64,000 nucleotides of DNA from Octopus vulgaris. Taxonomy: Eukaryota. The notes under the pieces were generated by a model that worked only from the letters and a program-made list of their open reading frames with translations, ran no database searches and had not been told where the DNA came from. Made by a program: the position numbers and the translations under genes. Positions 27,801 to 41,412 of this stretch are shown piece after piece. The DNA is taken from positions 47,120,001 through 47,184,000 of the forward strand of contig OX597822.1 in the NCBI GenBank assembly GCA_951406725.2, read 5' to 3'. The number at the start of each line of letters is the position of its first letter. The first letter of the stretch is position 1.

Positions 27801-29016
27801 GAGACGATGTTCTAATAGCTAGGGTATTCTAGAAACAGCGGTTAGAGACTATGTATACCATTTTATTAAATAGCTAAATTCAATGTCCTTGTCAAGTCTT
27901 GCCAAAACTGTTTACCATTTCAGTTCTGCTTTAATATAATAATAATACACACACGAACACGCACACATACACACACACATGTATACATACATATACATAC
28001 ATTTATATATAGAGAGAAGACAGACTGGCAGGGACAGACAAAGACAGACAGGGAAAGAGTGATACATACATATGTGCATACATACATACACACATACATG
28101 CATACACACATACATACATATGTACATAATGCATACGCACACACTACATACTCACGCATTGTACATACATCATATGTGTGTATTTCCACCAGCGTTCATT
28201 TAGTCTTCTGTCGAGCTTGGAATTTGCTTGTTTTGAGATTGGGTTGAAGTGTTTTGATAAACAGGCTTCGCTGGTGATTCTGTATTGTTAATCTGCTATT
28301 TATATGTTGTGGAAGGCTTTCGTATTTGTGTAAACGGCTTTCATATCTAATACGGCTTTACGTGTGCGAGATGGGATCATAAGATCAACTCTTGTCTTCG
28401 GTTCATTCAAATACATCAAGTTTTTAGACCAAATTTTACAACCAAAGAATGTAGGTCAACTTACACATCAAAGCGAATTTGAAGGACCAAACATCCACGT
28501 GAAATGCAACAAAATTTTGAAAAATGGTGACGGTGTTTGAATATTTACATTACATGGTTGCTCTATATACCATGTCGACTTGAATGCTGGAAAATACAGT
28601 GTTTGGAAATTCTGTTAACTAGCAGTTATTTGCCTGTTTGTAGCTTTCGTGTGGACGTTCGAATTTATGTACTAGACTAGAAACACCCAAATATCTCTTC
28701 TCTCACTATCAATTGAGATTATAAGAACCTGGCACCGTCTTTTGGATAGGTCTCTAGTGTGCGCCTTCCGAAGCAGCCCTCCACAAGTCCCGTGCCGATA
28801 CAAGAATATACGAAACCCAAAGTACTCTCCCCGTGAAAGAGTCATCTTGCTTCTAGTTTCTGGAAGCAGGCTTGTTCAACCTTGCAAAAAATTCTTTGTT
28901 GCCCTAGTCAGGGGTTCTTTCGGCAAAATCATTACGGACTTTACCGTTTGTCCCCTAAGTTAACAATAAAAATGTACCTGGCGCTTTCGCTGGCCGCTGC
29001 TGGGACGAGTTTTACC

Positions 29017-29074
<58 letters not shown>

Positions 29075-29420
29075 CCCACTGATATTTATAGTGCTTTAAT
29101 ACTACACACTCGTAAGAACTCTTATTTCACGACAAATGCTGTAGTAAACGGTCTGTCAGCAGTGTATATACATTAAATATGATTCATAGATGGCTATTTT
29201 AATCTGATACTGTCTCACTTGCATATGCCAGATTTTTAATCAGCCGGCCGGTTTTTCACATCAATGAATGAGTGATTCATTTTTTTCTTTATGGGAGGCA
29301 ACAAACTCTTATCCAAACATGTAGCTGGCTACGAATATGCACCATTGAAAAGGCTCCAAAAGGCTGAAATGCATCTGGTGCTCTCGCTGTCGGGACAATT
29401 TTCTGTCTTTTTCTGTCCAT

Positions 29421-29584
29421 AGGCGCAGGAGTGGCTGTGTGGTAAGTAGCTTGCTAACCAACCTCATGGTTCCGGGTTCAGTCCCACTGCGTGGCACCTT
29501 GGGCAAGTGTCTTCTGTTATAGCCCCGGGCCGACCAATGCCTTGTGAGTGGAATTGGTAGACGGAAACTGAAACAAGCCTGTCG

Positions 29585-29625
<41 letters not shown>

Positions 29626-29838
29626 TTGTGTGTCTGTGTTTGTGCCCCTAGCATTGCTTGACAACCGATGCTGGTTTGTTTACGTCCCCGTCACTTAGCG
29701 GTTCGGCAAAAAGAGACCTATAGAATAAGTACTGGGCTTACAAAGAATAAGTCCCGGGGTCGATTTGTTCGACTAAAGGCGGTGCTCCAGCATGACCGCA
29801 GTCAAATGACTGAAATAAGTAAAAGAGTAAAAGAGTAT
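29421..29838 (+). mobile_element. SINE family A, full length
   Basis: Match to other copies. Confidence 0.9.
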
Positions 29839-30651
29839 AAGAGATGTTATATACTTCAGTAATTGACCTATCAACTGTGTATACATATTATATATGATAC
29901 ATAGATAGCTGTTTTAATAAAGGAAGCGTGGGATCTGTTATATACATCCAGGTATCCGAGCATCACGTGAACGCCATAGGCCGACCTGTGTCGGATTAAT
30001 CTAGGGCACTGATTCTCAACCATTCTTTACGTATAGATCCCCTTTGATTCGTCTATTTTACTCGGGTTGGCCCTCATAACTATTCGATGCTTAAAATATC
30101 ATATTATACTCTTATAATTAAATTTTATCAGAAACTGGATAAAAAATAAATTGCTAAAATATTTTGTGCATTGTAGAATTATAAGCAATTTATTGCAGAT
30201 AAATTTTAACTGCAAAATCTTACATTGACCCTCAAGGGTCACATGGACCCTGCTTGGGAACCACTGACCGAGGGCTATACAACAACAACAACAACATATG
30301 GCAGTCTACATGAAGCAGCTCTGACATTACTGTTCGCTTGGTGTCACTCCAGTCGTTGCCATGGTTTAGAGCAGACGGAGACGCTAGAATCACCAATTAT
30401 TGATTGATAGCGGTTCAATATCTTTTAGAAGTCTTTACGACACACCATTCTCCCTCACCCTCTCTCTCGTGCTTTCCCTGCCTCTCTCTCTTTTCTCTGT
30501 CTTTGTCTCTCAATCTCTCTCTGTCTGTCTGTCTGTCTGTCTCTCTCTTTCTCTCTCTCTCCTGTCTTTGTGTCTTTCAGTGGTTACATCCATCCGTCCA
30601 TCCATCCATCCATCCATCCATCCATCCATCCATCCATCCATCCATCCATCC

Positions 30652-30703
<52 letters not shown>

Positions 30704-30744
30704 GCCTGCCTGCCTGTCTGTCTATGTATGTATGTATGTATGTA

Positions 30745-30778
<34 letters not shown>

Positions 30779-30788
30779 GTATATATAT

Positions 30789-31005
30789 AGGCGCAGGCGT
30801 GAGTGTGTGGTAAGAAGCTTTCGTCCGAACCACATGGTTCCGGGCTCAGTCCTACGGCGTGGCACCTTGGGCAAGCGTCATCCTCTATACCTCGGGCTCA
30901 GTCCTACGGCGTGGCACCTTGGGCAAGCGTCCTCCACCATACCTCGGGCCGACCAAACCCTTCTGAGTGGTTTTGTTAGACGGAAACTAAAAGAAACCCA
31001 TCGTG

Positions 31006-31074
<69 letters not shown>

Positions 31075-31265
31075 TGTACGTCTGTTTATCCTCCCACCAT
31101 CGCTTGACAACCGATGTTGATGTGTTTACGTTCCCGTAACTTAGCGGTTCGGAAGAAAAGAGACATATAGGATAAGCACTAGGCTTACAAAGAATAAGTC
31201 CTGGGATCGATTTGTTCGACTAAAGGTGGTGCTCCAGTCAAATGGCTGCAACAAATAAAAAGAAT
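30789..31265 (+). mobile_element. SINE family A with an internal ~52-bp duplication of the head/CORE segment
   Basis: CGGGCTCAGTCCTACGGCGTGGCACCTTGGGCAAGCGTC occurs twice. Confidence 0.8.
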
Positions 31266-31331
31266 ACATATGTAGTTGCAACTTCTCTCTCTCTCTCTCT
31301 TTCTCTATCTCTATCTCTCTATCTATCTATA

Positions 31332-31391
<60 letters not shown>

Positions 31392-31741
31392 TATATATAT
31401 ATATATGCACACACACACACGCACGTGTCTGTCTATCTATGTACAATTTATTTTAGTATCTTGTTGAAGTGTTTACCCAACTATACACACTTATCGCTAT
31501 TTCTCTACAATCAATTACGACTCCGTCTCTTGCTTAGTCGATTCATCTGGCTCTCTCACTCTCTCACTCTCTCTTTCTCTCTCTACTCACTTTCTCTCTC
31601 TCATGTGTGTTTGTGTGTGTGTGTGTGTGTGTGCGGTCTCTTACTTTTGTCTGTGTGTAGTTCTATATTTCTTTATAGCTCCCTACCTATCTCTCTGGCT
31701 GACTGTTTATCAGTCTGTCTGTTTGTCTATCAGTCTATCTG

Positions 31742-31805
<64 letters not shown>

Positions 31806-32020
31806 CATACATACATACATACATATATACATACATATATATATATATAATAAATGCTAATTTCTGTATGTCAGTGTGTCACACGTTGACCCCCCCCCCC
31901 CTCTCTCACTATTGAAGACACTTCTACTATTCCTCGTGCTGGAGTGAGAGTAATAGTAGGCATAGTGACAGTGAGGGCGGTGGCGAAGACAGAGAGAGAG
32001 ACAGAGACAGAGAGGGAGAT

Positions 32021-32051
<31 letters not shown>

Positions 32052-32182
32052 GACAGAGAGAGAGGGTATGTGAGAGGAAGAGGGAGATGATGTACAACTT
32101 TGATTAAACATGTCTCTATGACAGAAATTCCTGAACACTATCATTTTTGTTTTATTTTCTGGTTTCTTTGGTACATATATAC

Positions 32183-32215
<33 letters not shown>

Positions 32216-32218
32216 CTG

Positions 32219-32437
32219 TTGTGTCTGGGGAGAGTAATTTTCTTTTTGTGCCTTATAATGTAACACAATCAACAGTAAAATTTCTACTTATTTTTATTTT
32301 TATTTTCCTATTGAAAAGGTTGCAAGATGCAACGAAAATTTTAGGAAAATAAAAATAAGAAATAAGTGGAAATTTTACCGGTGAGAGTGTTACATTATAA
32401 AACACAAAAAGAAAATGACTCTCCCCAGACACAACAA
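32219..32437 (+). ncRNA. Rod-like hairpin element capped by a hammerhead-like motif with a U3-A8 core
   Basis: ~90-bp imperfect stem (TTGTGTCTGGGGAGAGT...ACTCTCCCCAGACACAA) closing TTTTCCTA-TTGAAAA-G-GTTGC(AAGAT)GCAAC-GAAA-ATTT-TAGGAAAA (32303-32349). Confidence 0.6.
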
Positions 32438-33186
32438 TATGCTTCAACACACGAACTCATATAAAGAATCTTGCAAACCAAATACAAAAACGAAATATAT
32501 ATATATATATATATAATACAAACTGGGACAAGAACGCATAACATTTAGAAGACGATACAAAAAACACGGACGGGACATTCGAAGCCTTCAATCTTCAGTC
32601 AAGAACCGGATCATCCTCGCAATTTCGGCTGATTAATCTTGAGATTGCTCCAATCTGGCCAGCCCCAAGGAAAAACTAAGGTAAGCGCATTAGATTCCTT
32701 GGAAAAAAGCTTCGAATGCATACGAAACAAGGACGGAAAACGGACGATGTTACACGAATATGAATACAAAAATAAGGACGGAAAACGGACATATATAAAA
32801 TACACTTTAATTGAAATAAAGATTCCCCAAAATTAAACATATCTAATATAATGTAAATGTCAGTGAGTCATATTTTTTCAACTTTAATAAATCCTTTCTT
32901 CTGGAAGCACAAGGCCTCAAATTTTGGGGGTAGAGATCAAGTCGATTACATCAACCCTAGCACGTAACTGATACTAATTTTATCAACACCAAGTGGCTTA
33001 GTGCATAAAAACCTGGATTACGATAAATTTTATACATAAATATAAGAGAGTAACCACCATGTGGTCTACTCTAGCACTAAAAATAGATCCGCTAGGTTTC
33101 AGCCACAAAAAATTGTTTCCGATGAAAGTTAGCACGACTACTAGCGCAAACGAACAGGGCAAATAAACATAACAAAAATGCAGATT

Positions 33187-33265
33187 AGTTCAGGACAATT
33201 GTTTCGCTATTAATAAATTATGTAATTTTACTCACATAACATATCTGTAGCTCTTCAGCCGAACC
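33187..33265 (-). ncRNA. Type I hammerhead ribozyme (mirror copy of 33564-33642)
   Basis: Exact reverse complement of the plus-strand copy. Confidence 0.85.
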
Positions 33266-33563
33266 CGTCCAGAATACAATTTACCCGACCGCACGCTAGA
33301 TTTCACCATAATGATAAACACACGTGCGGCCCAGTCGATTGCATTCGCTGTTATAATTTCAAGTGCCCCTGCCATAGCCCGCCAAAATTCACAGAAACAG
33401 ATACTACATCCAAAATTAAATGTAGTATCTGTTTCTGTGAATTTTGGCGGGCTATGGCAGGGGCACTTGAAATTATAACAGCGAATGCAATCGACTGGGC
33501 CGCACGTGTGTTTATCATTATGGTGAAATCTAGCGTGCGGTCGGGTAAATTGTATTCTGGACG

Positions 33564-33642
33564 GGTTCGGCTGAAGAGCTACAGATATGTTATGTGAGTA
33601 AAATTACATAATTTATTAATAGCGAAACAATTGTCCTGAACT
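33564..33642 (+). ncRNA. Type I hammerhead ribozyme, canonical core
   Basis: Stem I GGTTCGG/CTGAACT, CTGAAGA(33571), stem II GCTA...TAGC with inner TTATGTGA/TTACATAA, GAAA(33624), palindromic stem III ACAATTGT, GUC site (after 33635). Confidence 0.85.
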
Positions 33643-33893
33643 AATCTGCATTTTTGTTATGTTTATTTGCCCTGTTCGTTTGCGCTAGTAGTCGTGCTAA
33701 CTTTCATCGGAAACAATTTTTTGTGGCTGAAACCTAGCGGATCTATTTTTAGTGCTAGAGTAGACCACATGGTGGTTACTCTCTTATATTTATGAATAAA
33801 ATTTATCGTAATCCAGGTTTTTATGCACTAAGCCACTTTGTGTTAAATGGATGTACTATTAAATTAGTATCCAATTTTCTCACCCTTATTAGT

Positions 33894-33960
<67 letters not shown>

Positions 33961-35988
33961 CTGCTTGCTTAGCCAGCGGGGTGGCGTCATTTGAAGGCTA
34001 AATCAATGCGAAGCGCATTGTGACCAGCGATGTGTAGCAACATCTGATAGCCTGGTCTGTCACGTGATCACGTGATATATATATATATATATATATATTC
34101 ATATATACGACGGGCTCCTTTCAGTTGCCGTCTACCAAATCCACTCACAAGGCTTTGGTCAGCCCGAGGCTATAGTAGAAGACACTTGCCCAAGGTGCCA
34201 AGCAGTGGGACTGAACCCGGAACCATGTAGCTCGTAAGCAAGCTACTTACCACACAGCCACAATATCAATAGGCATTTAAGGTTTCTACCATACACACCA
34301 CAATAACTTTCTACCAGTTGTATTAGATGAAAAATTTTCCCTTTGTTTCTCTCTTCTGTCACGAATGCTTTAATTCCTCGACGAGCTCACATTGTTTTGC
34401 ATTCCTCTTGCTTCTCTATCTGCGTCACCTAATTCTTTTTTACCCGTTCCTTACCATACTATAGATATTCCAGTCTCTCCGGACTTTGTGCCAGTTGTCT
34501 AACTTCTCCAAACCTTTTATTCATGGTGTACTGCGTGGTTTTCCAACTTTTTTTTTACAGAATTGGCTTCGTTTTTCTTTTCCTTTTTTTTTACTTCATA
34601 TATCAGTGTTGATTTCTAATTAGATTTTCTCCAATTTTTCTATTATTTTTCTGTTATTCCTCTTCTCTCCCTGAACTGGCATCCTTTCTCTCCTTTTTGC
34701 TTCGCTTGTTCATTTTTTTGTGTTTTCTTTTTCTTCCCTCGGTTTATGCGCTTTACATTCCGACACGTGTACATATCACTATTGCATCCATCTCTCCCCT
34801 CTGCGTACTTCACTAATTTTCTTCCTTCACATGTTTGTACTAGTGTTGAATTGTAATTATTCTTTCTCCAATTTTCTCTTCTTCTTTCACTTCTTTTCTC
34901 ACCCTCAACTCCTTCCTTTCTCCTTTCACTTCGCTTTTCCATTCCTTCCTTCCATGTACTTGCATCTCATACCCATACCCTTGCGCACACTTCCATCACA
35001 CATTCTACGATTCTCTTGCTTTCCCTTTTACCTCATACTCGTTCCCGCTCCTGTTTCTTCACTCTCACGTTTTCCTCACACACAATATGATTACTAGAGT
35101 TATGACTCTTACACAACCTAATAATCCTATACTTTAATTCCACGAATAATTTTATAAAAATCAGGAAACTAACATTTATTTTGCTTTATTTGAACAAAAC
35201 GTCACCCCCAACTTAAGAAATTGATCACCAATTTTGACCCAAAACGTGCAAAATTCTAGCGGTGTTGGGGTTCACAACGCCTGCTCAAGTTTTCACCAAA
35301 CGTGATGTGCTGACTCAATGCAATACAGAAACAGTACATCTGAAATTTCAGCTTTCTAGTTGAAGTAGTTTCAGAGTTAGAGGCTTTTGAAACTATAATC
35401 ACTAGATGGCACTAGATCCACACTTCAGTATTTCTGCTGCCTAAATCCTTGTAAACGCAAGAGAGATGCATAATAAAAGTGTACTTATACATTTTTAAGA
35501 TTACTGAATTGAAATTGCCGTATGCAAAGGTTCAAAACTAGGTTATTTTAAGACAGAGGCTACTACAAGCATTCGATAATATAGAAAATTTAAAGCAATA
35601 CATATTTTCAACTTTATAGGTCTAATTCCAATTTTAAATAACTGTACAAGAAAAAGGTTGCTGAATGTTAGCAAATTTTTAAACATAACAAAGAGTTAAT
35701 GCTTTGTCAGATAAAATAAATCGAAGCTGAAGTTTCTCCTTCTTTTTACAAACATCATAAAGATCTTGAAGGCACTTGACTTCCCGTTCTGCACTCTGAT
35801 TTGAGCTGAGAATTTCCAGTTTTAATGATTCTCAACACCAAAAGTTTTTTTTTACAGAGTTCAATGCTGTTTTATGAACTTGCAGGCTACCACATAACTT
35901 CTGATAATCATGTGCATTGAACATTTGCTCAGTAAACCAAAAATCTGTTCAGCTATAAGAAATGAATCGACAAATATTGAAAAGCAAA

Positions 35989-36293
35989 ACTCTTGAACTC
36001 TCTCTCCAAAGTTCTTTTCAACTTTCCCTCGCGATACTTGTCGGCTATCGGACTCGTCCCCGTATTTAGCCTTGGATGGAGCTTACCACCCGCTTTGGGC
36101 TGCGTTCCCAAGCAACCCGACTCTCGGGCCGATGAACACCGCCGATCGCCGCCGGCTCCGAATGGGCCTGGCACCCGCTCTGGGCAGCCCCGATCGAGGG
36201 GACTCGAACCTAGCCGGGCGAAACGATCGACCGTGTACGACCCTTGCGCCACAGCTCTCGACGACCGGCGCGGCCGACGAGATTCGGCGTTGT
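35989..36293 (-). pseudogene. 28S rRNA fragment (D1 region), dispersed copy
   Basis: GC-rich island; minus strand reads CCCAAAGCGGGTGGTAAGCTCCATCCAAGGCTAAATAC...GAGGGAAAGTTGAAAAGAACTTTGGAGAGAGAGTTCAAGAGT, the conserved LSU segment. Confidence 0.93.
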
Positions 36294-36864
36294 ACTCATC
36301 TAAAATAACTGTTATTTCTTTCACAACAGTATTGGCTTTTTCCGTTTGGTAATTGGAGTGCTTCTAACTTAACTTCTCATTGTTCATTCTTTAAAACTAG
36401 CACTTGGTATTCTTGGTCATCAATACATTTACCATCAAAATGCAATTATCAGTTTTCTAAATGTAATGTTTACTTCATTTTTTAAAAAAATGTTAGCAGC
36501 TTCTTTGATAGTCAACCTGTAAATACCAGTTTCGGAAGGAGTCTTGACATTGATTCCATCTTGAGATAATTGTCGACAAACTGTTGCTGCTTTTGGGGTT
36601 GGTAACTTGGAAGATATTTCTAACTCGGTTGCAGTTAGTAATATGAAATTGTTCATTGACTTTTTGATACAGGAAATTGTTTAATTCCCAAAAAATCAAA
36701 AAGTCATAACTCATTACACATAGATACACATATACGCACACACAATACTTCATACCCTCACAACCCTACGATATAGAGAAAGGCAAGTCAGTTCAGGGTC
36801 ATCGCCTTTCGGACCAATTACTCCACGAGACTCAATGGAACTACTCAAAGCCGATTTCTATGAA

Positions 36865-37095
36865 TTAGCCTTCAGACAGCGGAAACATTTTTAAACGAAA
36901 CATTTCCCTGTGACGATTATAAGATATTATCTCTGATGTCTGCTTAAGATATAACTCCAATTGCTTCAGGATATGGAGCTTTTCAGCTTGACAAATCCTA
37001 CAATTCCGTGACATGTTAAAGTATGGCATGACTCTATCAATGTTGTTCCATGTTATTGGAAAGCATGACAATCTTTTGGCTTCCAGGTTAATCAT
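36865..37095 (-). mobile_element. Penelope-like element, C-terminal GIY-YIG endonuclease tail remnant
   Basis: ITWNNIDRVMPY...NCRICQAEKLHIL...LKQTSEIISYNRHREMFRL resembles the PLE motif W.I....PY...C.LC..EK..I...LN.RSE..S.CRH...F.L. Confidence 0.7.
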
Positions 37096-38296
37096 AACAG
37101 AGATGATAATTGATACCAGTGGAAGTATTGCTGTCAGTGACAGTGGTGGAGATGCTGGTATTTCTGTCGCTGCTATTGTTGTTATATCAGCCCTAATCGT
37201 ACAGATCTATGATCGAAGGTGTTTCAACAAGTTTTATTGATCCAGATATAATTGGTCAAGAATTACAATATCCAGTGCGTCCCTTTTTTTTAAAAAAAAA
37301 CGGTAGATGTGACTGCTGTTTTTAGCAGGCCCAATGTTGTTGTTGCTTGTGATGATTTTGGTGGTGGCGGCGGCGGCGGCGGTGGTGGTGGTGGTGGTGG
37401 CGACGGCGGTGGTGGTGGTGATAGTGGTATGAGTGTTGCCATGATGGTGGTGGTGGTGGTGGTGGTTTTAATGTTGGTGATGTTATTGATGGAAGAGTAA
37501 CTATTAGTGCGTGTGAGGGTGTAATTATTGTTGTCGTTGTTACTCAAACTTGACCGATCAGGAATATGATTAAAAGCATTCCTACTATGACCATCACCCT
37601 TTAATTCCAAAAATTGTATAACTCAAAACTACATTATCCAATGTGTACATTTAAAAGATAGTAGTGTGCTGGGGGGAGGGATATATGACTGTCCGGGATA
37701 TGTGACTGTTTTGTCTAGCTGGTTCAGCGGCCACATAATGAGCGACTCCTTCATTAGTTCATGTTGTTGTTGTTGTCCTTCCATCATAGATTTTCTCTAG
37801 CTGAGTTAATCTATGATGGAAGGAATTCCAGTCATGACCATCCCGTTTTTATTCCAGCAAGTTCTGCTCGACATTATGCAGTGTGTCCTTTTATAAGACA
37901 ATAGGGTGTGATTTGGGGGAGAGCTGTTTGTTAGCAAATACATGAATAAGTATTCCAATCGTAACTATTCCGCTTTTTTTTTTGTCGTGGTAGATACAGT
38001 TATAGTATTTGATGGTATTAAACGACGCACGGACATATTAGATGTACCCCAAGTCCAGCAGAACATATTCAGGAAAAAAAACAAAAAAAAAAAAAGATTT
38101 AGAGCATTAAAGCTCGTAGCACTTAAAGCAGGAAAGGGCAAGCTGTTTCGAGAAGCGGGCTGTATGAGACGTGTTTTATAATCAGGCGGGCTGCACTACT
38201 AGAAACATATAGGATAGTTTCATTAGGCGCGTCATTCAGGAAGTCCGCGGGCTGCAGTTTGCTCATCCACGATTGATTTAAAGCAATTTTGCAGTA

Positions 38297-38528
38297 AGGC
38301 GACGAGCTGGCAGAAACGTTAGCACGCCGGGTGAAATGTTTAGCTGTATTTCGTCTGCTGCTAGGTTCTGAGTTCAAGTTCCGCCGAGGACGACTTTGCT
38401 TTTCATCCTTGCGGGGTCGATAAATTAAGTACCAGTTACGCACTGCGGTCGTTGTAGTCGACTTAATCCCTTTGTCTGTCCTTGTTTGTCCCCTCTATGT
38501 TTAGCCTCTTGTAGGCAATAAAGAAATG
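38297..38528 (+). mobile_element. SINE family B, full length
   Basis: Match to 21650, 56975 and 59526. Confidence 0.9.
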
Positions 38529-38857
38529 ACAATAGTTAGTACATCATGCGAAATGCTTAACGGCATTTCGTCTGTCCTTACGTTCTGAGTTCAAATCCCA
38601 CTGAGGTTGACTTTGCCTTCCATCCTTTTCGGGGTCGATAAAATAAGCACCAGTTGAACACTGAAGTCGATGTAATTAATTTATACCCACCCCGGACTTG
38701 CTGGCCTTGAGCCAAAATTTAAAACTAATACTGGTGTTTGTTGTCGTTGGGTCACATATTAATACTGTACGAGCTGCTGTTTTATTATTGTTTCACATTA
38801 TTTTCCCGCTCCTTCTCTGTTTCTATGATTACGTTTTCATAGGCACAGACACACAGA

Positions 38858-39230
38858 GGCGCAAGAGCAGCTTTGTGGTAAGTAGCTTGCTTACGAACTA
38901 CATGGTTCCGGGTTCAAGTCCCACTGCGTGGCACCTTGGGCAAGAGTCTTCTACTATAGCCTCGGGCCGACCAAATCCTTGTGAGTGGAATTGGCAGACG
39001 TATGTGTGTGTGTGTGTATTTGTGCGTCTGCTTTTGTCCCCACCCCAACATCACTTGACAACCGATGCTGGTGTGTTTACGTCCCTGTAACTTAGCGGTT
39101 CGGCAAAAGCGACTGATAGAAATAAGTACTGGGCTTACAAAGAATAAGTCCTGGGGTCGATTTGCTCGACTAAAGGCGTTGCTCCAGCATGGCCGCAGTC
39201 AAAATGACTGAAACAAGTAAAAGAGTAACA
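38858..39230 (+). mobile_element. SINE family A copy
   Basis: Match to other copies. Confidence 0.85.
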
Positions 39231-39281
39231 GAGAGAGTATCTCACACCAAATACAACCTAAACTACCTGATACACACATAC

Positions 39282-39318
<37 letters not shown>

Positions 39319-39672
39319 CACCCTTCCTTTGTGTATGAATAGAAAAAAAAAATCATGCCATCACCACCACCACCACCATCATCGTCATCACATCTCTCTT
39401 TACCAATTCGCATTAAAAATTTGCGCACGTCCTCCCGCCATTTCGGCTCAACTGTCTGTCTATCTGTCTGTCTGCTTGTCTTTTTGATTCTGTAAATTTC
39501 TATCCCTTTGTCTATCTGTCCCAATGTCTGCATTTTGGTCTGTCAGATGGCTGGTCTGTCTGTCTGTCTCTCTCTCTCTCTTTCTCTCTCCCTCCTCTTG
39601 ACTCAATTTTTTTCTGTATGTCGCTCTCTCTCTCTCTTTGTCCTATCTGTTTATTTTTCTCTATTGTCTGTT

Positions 39673-39730
<58 letters not shown>

Positions 39731-40658
39731 TCTTTCTCTTTCCTCTCTGTACATTTAACTTTTCTGCCTGCCTTAAAATCTTAGCCTTTCTCTTTGCTTG
39801 TCTGTTGAAGACAGACAAAATAATAATACATAACTTCTGCCACTCCCAACGTAAAACGCCATTACCTCTTGCTGTTGGTGCTGCTGCTGCACTTTCATTC
39901 ATAACTTTCACTCAATGAAAATATATATCGCCGGTTGGCAGTGTGGAAGAAGGAGAGAGAGAGAAAGAGAGAAAGAGAGAGAGAAAGAGACGAAGAGGGT
40001 GAGGGTGGAGACAAGGAAAATACCATAAGAGAAAGAGGAGGCAGTGAAAGAAAAGAAAGAAAAAAAGACAAAGGAAGAAAAGAAGGAAGGAAAGAGAAGA
40101 GACAGACAACAGGAACAAAGAAAAAAGAGAGAAACAAAGAATGGAAGAAAGAAAGAAGAGAGAAACAAAGAAATAAACAAACAAAGAAGAAGGGAAGAAA
40201 GAAAAGGATTCTCGAAAAAGAGAGAGGAAGAAAGAAAAAGACAAGAATAAAAGAAAAAAAAAACGAAAGATGTAAAGAAAGGATGCGATCTGGAAATAAC
40301 GGATTATTAAATACTAATTTGTAAAGAAAGATGGAATGGGAAGCTGTGGGGTTAATGCTTTTCCCTTCCTGAAGATGCTCTAAGGAGAGATTGTGAGTGG
40401 TAAGAAGTTTGCTTGCTAACCATAAGGTGCTGGGTTCAGTACCACTGCGTGGCACCTTGGGCAAGTATCTTCTGATATAGCTTCGGGCCGAACAAAACGT
40501 TGTGAGAGGATTTGGTTGATGGAAACTGAAAGAAGCCCGTCGTATGTGTGTTTGTGTGTGTGTATGTGTGTGTGTGCCTGTGTGTGTGTGTGTGTGTGTA
40601 TTATATAAATCCGGTAAAACTTAGAGCATGCTTCTTTTTCGGATTAAAGTTTTACCGA

Positions 40659-40698
<40 letters not shown>

Positions 40699-40849
40699 CA
40701 TAAGGGACTAAAGCCATCTGAATATGGCTAGGGACAGGGCAGGGTGGTGGGGGTGTTACTGTTGCATTTAGCCCCAGGCGAACATCGACGTCACCAGATA
40801 GGCCCGACACCGTCACGGTGTCCTTTAACCTGCAAAGGGAGGTAATTCC

Positions 40850-40933
40850 CCGATGAAGCGGAAACCACACACGGACCATGGTTTCAAGGTGTATTGCCCA
40901 TCGTCGGCGTGTGGTAGGCTTCCGCTTCCTCGA
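40850..40933 (-). ncRNA. Hammerhead motif (mirror of 41133-41216)
   Basis: Exact reverse complement. Confidence 0.7.
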
Positions 40934-41132
40934 CGAACACTCACTCTGCAGGATATTCATATATAGATTTTCAAGCAAAATACATTTGCTGATTTAGTCC
41001 CTTATGTTATCGAGCAGTTACTGTCTATATCTCTTTTAGAGAATTATTATTGCTTTCGAACAGATTTTCGAAATCAGCAAATGTATTTTGCTTGAAAATC
41101 TATATATGAATATCCTGCAGAGTGAGTGTTCG

Positions 41133-41216
41133 TCGAGGAAGCGGAAGCCTACCACACGCCGACGATGGGCAATACACCTTGAAACCATGGTCCGTGTGTG
41201 GTTTCCGCTTCATCGG
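41133..41216 (+). ncRNA. Type I hammerhead motif with U4C core variant
   Basis: Long stem I (GAAGCGGAA..ACCACACG / CGTGTGTGGTTTCCGCTTC), CCGACGA(41159), weak stem II TGGG/CCTT, GAAA(41181), palindromic stem III ACCATGGT, GUC site (after 41192). Confidence 0.7.
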
Positions 41217-41412
41217 GGAATTACCTCCCTTTGCAGGTTAAAGGACACCGTGACGGTGTCGGGCCTATCTGGTGACGTCGATGTTCGCCTGGGGCTAAAT
41301 GCAACAGTAACACCCCCACCACCCTGCCTGTCCCTAGCCATATTCAGATGGCTTTAGTCCCTTATGTTATCGAGCAGTTACTGTCTATATCTCTTTTAGA
41401 GAATTATTATTG

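Larger units (their letters stand above)
32991..33838. repeat. Near-perfect palindrome: 419-bp arms, 10-bp spacer (33410-33419); the right arm continues to ~33897 and a (TA)n tract
   Basis: Mirror coordinates sum to 66829 at every point checked; one mismatch noticed. Confidence 0.95.

Noticed and set aside
35953-36352. Three overlapping ORFs of 78-123 aa
   Set aside because: Shadow ORFs of the GC-rich 28S rRNA fragment
40652-41357. Two ORFs with an identical N-terminus (MLENLYMNILQ...) on opposite strands
   Set aside because: A by-product of the inverted repeat; non-ATG start, no recognisable domain, overlaps the HHR
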